Below, in pieces: positions 1 to 7,584 of a stretch of 64,000 nt of DNA. The DNA comes from Alphaproteobacteria bacterium bin98 (GTDB lineage Bacteria > Pseudomonadota > Alphaproteobacteria > Bin98). The position numbers and the translations under genes are program-made. Position 1 is the stretch's first letter, and every line of letters starts with the position of its first letter. The stretch covers positions 12,599 through 76,598 of the forward strand of contig MPNG01000001.1 in NCBI GenBank assembly GCA_002238905.1, written 5' to 3'. The notes beneath the pieces are model-generated. The model was not told the DNA's origin. It ran no database searches and saw only the letters and a program-made list of their open reading frames with translations.

Positions 1-574
1 AATACTGATAGTATAACTCGGCGAATAAAGAATTATCATTATCACAGAATTCGTAGCATGAAGATAGAAGGTAATGGTAAGCTTTCATATATTTTACTTT
101 CCACTTTGAATGCTCCGCATTCCCGTTTGAATGAAGTTCCCACGAATATATTTCTTTCAAAAAACAAAAAGCTTGCATAAAAAGTGATGGATTAAGATGA
201 AAATCATCACTTAACATATTCTCAGCTTCCTTTTCTATTATTGCCTGATCTGCTGTAGGGTTTGTTTTTCTGTCGCATTGCGTAAGAATATCGAGTATTG
301 GTTCTGCAAATACTTGTAACTTCGAAGGATCTTTTATGTTCATAAATGGTTCCCTCTTCAACTGAGCTAGCAAAGCGTATCGGTGATCAAGGGCGATATC
401 AGCTTGAGCGCGTCGCCAACAAGAAACACGCACAGCTGTTGTTTTATGTGGCTTATCAGATAAGTAAGACTGTCTCGCGTCACTCGCCTCTTTAAGTAGC
501 GCATTATTCCAAAGGATATCAAAATCACTGCCATGCGCGTGCCAACAAATTAAGAATAATAGTAGTAAGTTCAT
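1..574 (-). CDS. Secreted paralog-family protein, partial. The leader starts at 574 and the C-terminus runs off the window start. Subfamily B.
   Basis: Reverse-strand ATG at 572-574 gives MNLLLLFLICWHAHGSDFDILWNN...NMLSDDFHLNPSLFMQAF...YLLSSCYEFCDND, open to position 1. It resembles 3596..4201 and 4689..5288. Confidence 0.6.
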   Translation of the reverse strand, partial: MNLLLLFLICWHAHGSDFDILWNNALLKEASDARQSYLSDKPHKTTAVRVSCWRRAQADIALDHRYALLAQLKREPFMNIKDPSKLQVFAEPILDILTQCDRKTNPTADQAIIEKEAENMLSDDFHLNPSLFMQAFCFLKEIYSWELHSNGNAEHSKWKVKYMKAYHYLLSSCYEFCDNDNSLFAELYYQY

Positions 575-818
575 AGTTTCCTCTCTTGTTTGTAATTTAT
601 CATATCTGAATCATAAATGTAACATCATAGTTGTCTGAAAAAAGCAATTAAATACCTTTGGGGCATAATACTTCATAGAGCTACTGAGCAGTAATAATCG
701 TAGTAGACGAGAGTATATTGCATTAAATGCATCTTGATAGTCATGAATCAATATTTGCAAGACACAAGATTATGCAGGGGTGCTCTTGATCTTCAACAAT
801 AAATAGATAGTATGAATG

Positions 819-1015
819 AGAATGCCCTATGATTATATTTACTCTCTGCATACGCATATAGCGCGCTAACACCAGAAGCAAGCGAAGTGCTCACTCCTTT
901 CAGAGGAGCATGGTCCTCCAGTTGCGCTCGATTGTTGATGATCAGTGAGGAGAATAGTGCCCTATCTGATTTAACACGCGAAACTTCTGTGTCCCATAAA
1001 TTAAAAATCCAAAAT
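819..1015 (+). pseudogene. Degraded, internally deleted remnant of an 11378..12193-type gene (5' leader fused to a 3' end) plus its 3' flanking repeat
   Basis: DNA 830-900 aligns to 11395-11470 (ctgcatacgcatatagcgcgc). A frameshift gives MIIFTLCIRI*. The 3' part (cctatctgatttaa...gcgaaacttctgtg) aligns to 11575-11600 and 12165-12200. Confidence 0.45.
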
Positions 1016-1050
1016 AGCAAAGCTGTTTTTTAGAATAAATATCAGACAAT
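960..1050 (+). repeat. Copy 1 of a 3'-flank repeat (GCGAAACTTCTGTGyCCCATAAATTAAAAAATCCAAATAG...CAAAGCTGTTTTTTAGAATAAAT)
   Basis: Near-identical copies lie at 12165..12290 and 15735..15860, each after the 3' end of an 11378-type gene or gene fragment. Confidence 0.6.
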
Positions 1051-1195
1051 TTCTGAATTGATATCAGGATTTTGTCAAAGATATACTGCTGTTTGCCCTC
1101 TATCGAATTTTCGCAGCTTGCAAGTTAAACAATAAAAAGCAAAAAATTGTACTGTGGCTCTAATGACGATCTACTCAATCCCATGGCACTCTAAG

Positions 1196-1774
1196 TCAAG
1201 TCTGATTTAGAGATTGGAGCTCTGAATGATAAATGATCTTCTTGGTTTCATCAAGAGCCGCCTGTAACTGATCCACTCCGTCCCAAAGCTCACTGTTCGC
1301 ACAAAAATCTTCTAAAGATGATAATACGTTTCGGTATGCCTTACGGTATCCATATCGTAGCAATAATTTATGTACTACATCTCTATCCTGAACTAAAGAG
1401 AACAAGCAGTGTGAATGGCATAATGCATCAAAATAAAACAAGAAGGTTTCTAAATTGGCCCCACCCTCTTTTTTATTCAGAATATATTCTTGATCTGCAA
1501 TTATCTGGATAGAAGTCAGGTGATGATGTTTCTCTAAGGTTTTTCCAATATCATCCTGTACTCCTCGCGCAAAGGTAGCTAATTCATCACACTTCATACT
1601 CGCATAATTACTATTCCTGAGGGTATCTAGCAGATTTTTTTTGTGCGTCTCCAACAATTCTTGATCGTTTTCCCAACCTTTCAGAGCAAAAGATGGGCTG
1701 GGGTAGTCCTCATAGATCTTTTCTGCGCCACAAGCCTGCAAACAGGTTAAAAATAATAATACTAATAACATCAA
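1196..1774 (-). CDS. Secreted paralog-family protein (subfamily C, paralog of 22496..23095)
   Basis: 192-aa ORF with leader MMLLVLLFLTCLQACGA, KHHHLTS motif and C-terminal NVLSSLEDFCANSE. About 55% identical to 22496..23095. There is an SD-like GAGGA 7 nt before the ATG. Confidence 0.7.
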   Translation of the reverse strand: MMLLVLLFLTCLQACGAEKIYEDYPSPSFALKGWENDQELLETHKKNLLDTLRNSNYASMKCDELATFARGVQDDIGKTLEKHHHLTSIQIIADQEYILNKKEGGANLETFLFYFDALCHSHCLFSLVQDRDVVHKLLLRYGYRKAYRNVLSSLEDFCANSELWDGVDQLQAALDETKKIIYHSELQSLNQT

Positions 1775-1794
1775 TATATCCTCATACTTTTAAA

Positions 1795-1823
1795 GTATAC
1801 TGCAATACTGCATATTTTAGCAA
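1795..1823 (-). promoter_or_regulatory. Candidate sigma70 promoter for 1196..1774 (TTGCTA-17nt-TATACT on the minus strand)
   Basis: On the reverse strand there is a -35 TTGCTA (1818-1823), a 17-nt spacer and a -10 TATACT (1795-1800), about 20 nt upstream of GAGGA-ATG. The upstream region is conserved with that of paralog 22496..23095. Confidence 0.3.
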
Positions 1824-2384
1824 AAATTGAATGCGTATCGATACGAAGCTGTTTTTGATTTTCAGAAAAAGTCTGTATAACAATAAGAGGCGTTGTTTAT
1901 TAATCATAATACTATTGCATAAAAGTGCGTGCTGTCCTCGCATATCATGCCACAACACAACAATTGGCACATCTTTATAAATATGATGAGGACTCACAAG
2001 AGCGATCAAATTTTTTTCCACACTTCACAAATACCTTCTTTCATCGCAACTGTTTATAGTGCTACTTGCAAGTATGCATGATGCATTAAACCAGGTTTTT
2101 GTGAGAATATTAACATTATCTAACCAGCCTGAGTGAAACTGAGAGCACAAAAAGCATGCATGCTGCACGTTTTGTATAGAGGTGTAGTTGCGTTAATTCT
2201 GGTATCTGTCAGATTTTTTATAGTAGCGCAAATCCTATACGCAGATTATGTATTTATAGCCGTTATGCAAATAATCCTTTATGTATGATGATGTATGATG
2301 CCAGCATCTAGCAACGTTGTGCTCTAAAAAATGACTGCTTATAATGAGTAGAAAGACAATAATCAACCCCTAAAGCATTATCTC

Positions 2385-2440
2385 CACGAAATAGTATAAA
2401 TCATCGCTTTAGGCATCTATAGTATCAAAATTAATCAGTA
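2385..2440. repeat. Short intergenic repeat (ATCTCyACGrAATAGTATAAATyATCryTTTAGGCATCkAT..TATCAAAAT), copy 1 of 3
   Basis: Similar copies lie at 12455..12510 and 21915..21965, each just downstream of the stop of a minus-strand family gene or pseudogene. Confidence 0.5.
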
Positions 2441-2605
2441 AAATACCCGACTTCCAACTAGCTTTTCAAAGATCAATCACTAAAAAGAGTGTTTTTCTGT
2501 TCTTATTTAGAGCTTTTTGCATTTCTTTCGACTTAATGCAGACAAGCAAAGGTCAGAAACAATCTTCTACACTCAAGTAGTAGAGCCTTATCATCATATA
2601 TTGTT

Positions 2606-3355
2606 TCAATCTATCTCCTCCATGTAATGAAATGTCAGAATAAATTTTCTCAAGCGTTCAGAAGCCCAAATTTGTCTCCCCATACAGAAGCCTTCTAAAG
2701 ATGATAATAAGTATAGACATGCAGCATTGTATTGTGTCTCTAATGCTATTCTGCGAGGAGATACTTGGTATTTACGAAATAATTGCTTATATTCTGAATC
2801 TCTTTCAAATTCAGAAAAAAGATAAAAGAAGAGTTCTAGATCAAGTTGTTGGGCAAATCGCAGCTGTATGAAAGTCTTAAGATCATCTGGCTCAATCAAA
2901 GGGTTGCGTGAGGATATTCTTGTAGCAGTAAGAGCTAGTATCTTTTCAGAAGTCAGTTGATGATGTTCGGTCAAAGACTGTTCCATAACAGCCTTTACTT
3001 GTTTTGAAAAATTATGTAACAAGGTAAATCGCAAAGAAGAATAATGTTCCCGCGACAAGGCGTTTTGTAAGGTGGATGCCAAAATTTCTTTTTGTGTCTC
3101 TAATAACTTTTGATCTCCCCACTCTTTTAGCGATGGGTCAGCATGCCTGCGACGCAAACACTTAGATAGTCGAGAAATAGAATTAGAAAAACAGTGCAGT
3201 AGTGTGCCCCAACAGCTATTATCACTCCAGTTATTATAACTTATGCAGAGTGTCTGTATGGGGGGGGATTTTTTGTCCTTACACCGATCATCGGCGTTTT
3301 CTAAAGCTCCATGGAGATGAAAGCAGAGCAAAAATAATAATATATATGTCATCAA
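2606..3355 (-). CDS. Secreted paralog-family protein (subfamily A, HHQLTSEKILALTATRI type)
   Basis: 249-aa ORF with leader MMTYILLFLLCFHLHGA and C-terminal YNAACLYLLSSLEGFCMG. There is an SD AAGGTG before the ATG. It is a paralog of 13441..14406. Confidence 0.7.
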   Translation of the reverse strand: MMTYILLFLLCFHLHGALENADDRCKDKKSPPIQTLCISYNNWSDNSCWGTLLHCFSNSISRLSKCLRRRHADPSLKEWGDQKLLETQKEILASTLQNALSREHYSSLRFTLLHNFSKQVKAVMEQSLTEHHQLTSEKILALTATRISSRNPLIEPDDLKTFIQLRFAQQLDLELFFYLFSEFERDSEYKQLFRKYQVSPRRIALETQYNAACLYLLSSLEGFCMGRQIWASERLRKFILTFHYMEEID

Positions 3356-3520
3356 TACACCTTATTTGTCAATACTAGATTACACGAGAATGAAATTAAA
3401 ACAAAGATCTCACTTACTCGCACTAAACAAAATCAATGCACCAAATGCTTTTTAAAAAGTTGATGTTTTTAGCAAAACAATCATTATTTAAAGCAATGAA
3501 GATAAATGTGAAGGTGAGAC

Positions 3521-3556
3521 ATTCAGAGGTGCCCCCTTAACCACTCACCTCTGAAT
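3521..3556 (-). terminator. Stem-loop downstream of 3596..4201 (possible terminator)
   Basis: An 11-bp perfect inverted repeat attcagaggtg / cacctctgaat with a 14-nt loop lies about 40 bp past the stop. It is followed on the minus strand by a moderately T-rich tract. It is duplicated at 4617..4652. Confidence 0.3.
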
Positions 3557-3595
3557 ATTCTTGCAAACTGTCGTAAAGCCTCTCCAATTTTGAAC

Positions 3596-4201
3596 TCAAT
3601 CCTTTTCTGTGAGACCGGTTAGGGAACGCCAGGCTTTATAACAAGCAATAGCTTCCTTCTGGCGCTCACAGAAATGCAAACAAGATAATAGAAGAGACTT
3701 ATAAGCTTTTACATATTTTGCCAACACAAGATCTGGATTATCCTGATTACAGCCATCGGTTACAGTAAGCATACAGCTTTGTCCAGTATAAGACAGAGCA
3801 TGCATGAAGGTTTCTGGAGTAAGATGGAAGCAAGGACTTAGCATATTGCTAGCTTGCTCTTTCATTTTGTCCTCACTTATGTCAGGATGTTTTTCGGTGA
3901 AATACTCTAAAAGTATATCCCGCAGTCCGTCTGCAAAAGCTTTTACTTCCTTAATGTTTTCCATTTGACAAATTGCTTGCGTCCGCAAGTGATCCGACAC
4001 ACGTTTTCTCCAAGGATTTTTGAAAGCAGTTTGACCTACGTCCCACCAAGAACACTGTAGAGTTAGTTCTAGAGGTGACATCGCACGCAGTTGATCTATT
4101 CTTGTGATCATATATTGTTCTAACGGACTATATTCACTCACACCCTCATCAGCTCCAGACACGTGCAAACAAATCAAAAATAATAGTGGTATGAATTTCA
4201 T
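3596..4201 (-). CDS. Secreted paralog-family protein (subfamily B)
   Basis: The ORF is 3596..4234. The likely start is the internal Met at 4201, giving leader MKFIPLLFLICLHVSGA. It has an EKHPDIS motif and C-terminal LLLSCLHFCERQKEA. It is a paralog of 4689..5288. Confidence 0.7.
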   Translation of the reverse strand: MKFIPLLFLICLHVSGADEGVSEYSPLEQYMITRIDQLRAMSPLELTLQCSWWDVGQTAFKNPWRKRVSDHLRTQAICQMENIKEVKAFADGLRDILLEYFTEKHPDISEDKMKEQASNMLSPCFHLTPETFMHALSYTGQSCMLTVTDGCNQDNPDLVLAKYVKAYKSLLLSCLHFCERQKEAIACYKAWRSLTGLTEKD

Positions 4202-4247
4202 AGTTTTTTCCTCATAGTCAATATAAATATGCATTGTATATCGTATA

Positions 4248-4451
4248 TCATTTCAGCCGTGAAAGCAAATTTAAAACTATAATATTGCATTTCATGAATA
4301 TCTCCAATCTAGCGGAGTGCGTATAAAATGCTATAAATTTAGTGCGCCAAGATCCCACTTGTTTTACCAAAATCATGCACCTATCATCGGTGTTTTCTAA
4401 AGCTCGATGGAGATGAAAAAAGAGCAAAGATGATAATATATATGTCATCAA
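4248..4451 (-). pseudogene. Truncated copy of the 2606..3355-type gene (N-terminal 25 aa conserved, then diverged and stopped)
   Basis: MMTYILSSLLFFHLHRALENTDDRC compares with MMTYILLFLLCFHLHGALENADDRC. The DNA upstream, 4442..4690, is about 95% identical to 3356..3600. Confidence 0.5.
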
Positions 4452-4690
4452 TACACCTTGTTTGTCGATACTATATTACACGCAAATGAAATTAAAACAA
4501 GGATCTCACTTACTCGCACTAAACAAAATCAATGCACCAAATGCTTTTTAAAAAGTTGATGTTTTTAGCAAAACAATCATTATTTAAAGCAATGAAGATA
4601 AATGGGAAGGTGAGACATTCAGAGGTGCCCCCTTAACCACTCACCTCTGAATATTCTTGCAAACTGTCGTGCCTCTCCAATTTTGAAATC
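4442..4690. repeat. Tandem segmental duplication. The spacer 3356..3600 is re-used upstream of the second subfamily-B gene.
   Basis: A near-identical roughly 245-bp block includes the stem-loop 4617..4652. The unit gene A + spacer + gene B is duplicated as pseudo-A + spacer + gene B'. Confidence 0.75.
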
Positions 4691-5288
4691 AATCCTTTTC
4701 TGTGGGAACGATTAGGCGATGCCAGGTTTGATAATAAGAAATAGCTACCTTATTACCATCACAGAAATTTAAACAAGATAGTAGAAGATTCTTATAAGCT
4801 TGTACATATTTTGCGTTCACAGCATCTGGATTCCCCTGATTACGGATATCGCTTATATCCAGCAGATATCTTTCTTCAGAAAAACACAAAGCTTGCATGA
4901 AGATTTCTGGACTAAGATGGAAGCGAGGACTTAGCATATTGATCGCTTGCTCTTTCACTCTGGAATAACTTATGTCAGGATGCTTTTCTGTCTGATACTC
5001 TAAAAGTATCGTCAGCAATGGGTCTGCAAAACCTTTTAATTCCTTAATGTTTTCCATTTGACTAATTGCTTGCGTCTGCAAGTGATCCGACACACGTTTT
5101 CTCCAGGGATTTTTGAAATTAGCTTGATTTAGTCTCCAACAAGAACACTGTAGAGCTTGTTCTAGAGGTGGTAGCTGACGCACTGCATCTAATCTTAGGC
5201 ATAATTCTTTTAACGCACTCTGACAACACGCATCCTCATCAGATCCATACACGTGCAAACAAAGGAAAAATAGTAGTATGAATTTCAT
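4689..5288 (-). CDS. Secreted paralog-family protein (subfamily B)
   Basis: 199 aa with leader MKFILLFFLCLHVYGS, an EKHPDIS motif and LLLSCLNFCDGNK. It is about 60% identical to 3596..4201. Confidence 0.7.
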   Translation of the reverse strand: MKFILLFFLCLHVYGSDEDACCQSALKELCLRLDAVRQLPPLEQALQCSCWRLNQANFKNPWRKRVSDHLQTQAISQMENIKELKGFADPLLTILLEYQTEKHPDISYSRVKEQAINMLSPRFHLSPEIFMQALCFSEERYLLDISDIRNQGNPDAVNAKYVQAYKNLLLSCLNFCDGNKVAISYYQTWHRLIVPTEKD

Positions 5289-5690
5289 AGTTTTTATCCA
5301 TAATCAATATACAAGTGAGTACTTAGGATCATTATATATCATTTATTTGTTTCAACAATGATTGAGATTGCATGAATTTGACACAATACAGAAAAATCTT
5401 TCAATTTCTATGTACCAAATGGTTTTTAAGAGGAAGGTAGAGCACGAAAAAGCATGGTTCTGTATGGATAGATTTGGCTTAATAGAATATCAACTTATTG
5501 CCCAACTGCTTTAAGCAATAAAGGTTACTCTCTTTGTATTTTCAAATCAACTGAATCAAGATAAACGTCGACGATCAGTAGTCTTTTGAGCAAGTGGATC
5601 AATTTTTGCAGGTTTTGCCTCAATCCAGATTATTTCTCTTGGATACCCAAGGAATATTCTATCAAGTGAAAAAAAATCAAAAGTGTCTCT

Positions 5691-6398
5691 CTACGAATGA
5701 GCTCTCTTAACACGCTTTGCTACCGATCTTTCAACGTTAACTTCAATAATGTCAAGGATCTCTTCCTGCCATAAAGAATAGTGTACATCAGATCGTACTA
5801 AGAAGTTGTCACAAAAACCATCGAAAGAGCTTAGGAGGTGATAATACATTCTTTGACATTTTTGATCATCACTTGAAACATCAGATGCTGAGAATGCATA
5901 TTCTCGTTCCAATAAAGCAAAAGAATGATAGTAAAGCGTTAGATCAAGATGGAAGTTTTTCTTTTCCATCTCAGGCACCTGCTTTGCCACCAACCCATCA
6001 GATATGATGGGATGCTTTTTTGTATAAACTTTCACAAGAACCTTGAGTACTAATTGTGCGATAGGCTTGAGTTCAAATAGTTTTGACGCCTCAGACAAAT
6101 TTATTTTCTTCATAATATTTTGAAACGCTGTTCTGAGTGTCGTATCCAAACAGCCTTCAGAGTAGAATGGCTCCAGAGGAGCATCACACACCATTCTGAT
6201 TCTTTCATCCAAAGAGTTTTGAGCTACATCCCACAAAGTGGCCTGCGTAGCTTTTTCCCCAAATGTCAGGGATGCACAACAGAAAGAAAGTCTTTTCTTT
6301 TTTGCCTCTTCTATAGCTATAGCAGAAAGGCACTCTGCGCTATAGCTAGCCTGTAAACAAGTTAAGGTTGAAAATAATAATATTAATCGCAATTTCAT
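5691..6398 (-). CDS. Secreted paralog-family protein (subfamily D)
   Basis: 235 aa with leader MKLRLILLFSTLTCLQAS, a KKHPIIS motif and YHLLSSFDGFCDNF. It is a paralog of 27992..28684, and the 3' flanks are homologous too. Confidence 0.7.
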   Translation of the reverse strand: MKLRLILLFSTLTCLQASYSAECLSAIAIEEAKKKRLSFCCASLTFGEKATQATLWDVAQNSLDERIRMVCDAPLEPFYSEGCLDTTLRTAFQNIMKKINLSEASKLFELKPIAQLVLKVLVKVYTKKHPIISDGLVAKQVPEMEKKNFHLDLTLYYHSFALLEREYAFSASDVSSDDQKCQRMYYHLLSSFDGFCDNFLVRSDVHYSLWQEEILDIIEVNVERSVAKRVKRAHS

Positions 6399-6519
6399 AC
6401 ACTTATTATTTATTTTTTTTTTTTTGATGTCAATTCATAGACTCGTATTTTGCAAGCGATCATCATCCCAATAGAGCAGTGTAGATAAAACATTGCAGAA
6501 TTCCGGCAATCACCAGCAC

Positions 6520-6700
6520 TCTTAAAAGACTCACAACTCAAAGAAGAGAGTTGGCATACAACGCAAGCACATATTGCTCAAAGCGTTGCGGTGGCAAAGA
6601 CATCCAAAGGACTAGCTGCTTTTGCTGGTTGAAGTTTGTTTTTTTCAGCAATTCTTTTTACGCTTTGACCTAAAAAAAGAATGGCGACAAGGATTTTTAG
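6520..6700. pseudogene. Mosaic of gene fragments. One is a piece of a 14690-type gene and the other a 115-bp copy of the 3' part of antiporter gene 32346..33620.
   Basis: 6520-6585 aligns to 14860-14925. 6585-6700 is nearly identical to 32467-32582 (tgcggtggcaaagacatccaaag...cagcaattctttttacgctttgacct). Confidence 0.6.
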
Positions 6701-6840
6701 GGGAAGGTAGTGAATCTAGCGTTCAAATATTTAGATTTTTTCACTACCTTACACACATAGGATTGCAAGATTAAGCAAAAAACTCTAGAACAATTAAGTA
6801 TTGATCTGACATACACATAATTTTACAAAAAACAATCATT

Positions 6841-7407
6841 ATGATACAATTTTGTAATATGTTAATATTATTATTTTTCACTTGTTTACACACTTATGGA
6901 TCTTATGCTCCAGTGGCCACTGAAAAGCATCTTTGGCAACACAGTCAGGAAATATTTAAGCCGTATCGTGATGCCACTCTAGCGGCACTCCAACGCTCTC
7001 CATATACTTTGCGCACCTTAGAGTTAGTAGAAATGGAGTTTGGGGATGCCTATCCAAAATTTATGCTTAACGGTTGGAATATGACTGCATTTTCAAAGGA
7101 AGCTTTTGCTCATCAAGGCGTGTATCCCCAATTAAGATATATTCAAGATAATCCAGAAGATCCAAATTTTAATCTTGATATCCCTACCCTCTCTAAGGCT
7201 TTGACGATGGCCTCTGAGCATAACTCACTCCTTCAACTTCCACACTACACCCCCTTATTAGAAGTCGCTCTGCATGGACAGTATAGCCTCTTGTTATCTT
7301 GCAAAGCTTTCTGTGAAAACCGTCCAGGGGAGGCTTTCTCAGAGTATGAGAAATATTGGCACAATACTGCTTATACAAGCGTTTCAAAAAAAAAGAAATC
7401 GTCCTAG
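6841..7407 (+). CDS. Secreted paralog-family protein (subfamily E)
   Basis: 188 aa. An alternative start at 6859 gives MLILLFFTCLHTYGS. The C-terminus is YSLLLSCKAFCENRPGEA. It is a paralog of 19192..19725. Confidence 0.7.
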   Translation: MIQFCNMLILLFFTCLHTYGSYAPVATEKHLWQHSQEIFKPYRDATLAALQRSPYTLRTLELVEMEFGDAYPKFMLNGWNMTAFSKEAFAHQGVYPQLRYIQDNPEDPNFNLDIPTLSKALTMASEHNSLLQLPHYTPLLEVALHGQYSLLLSCKAFCENRPGEAFSEYEKYWHNTAYTSVSKKKKSS

Positions 7408-7584
7408 AAAATATTGAGGAGACGAAAAAGTCGCCAGAATCATCAAGAGTAGCGTTGGCAGAAGACTTAAAAAAGATTTCAACATCACTTTTTTCTCTTT
7501 TTGCAGAATCCCATCCCTCTTACAATGATCGCTTACGTCTTTCAGCGCTTTTCGCATATCTTCATATAAATAAGAAACACTGGA

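Noticed and set aside
1782-2021. 79-aa minus ORF immediately upstream of 1196..1774
   Set aside because: It covers the conserved AT-rich promoter and 5'-UTR region shared with paralog 22496..23095, so it is likely a non-coding regulatory region.
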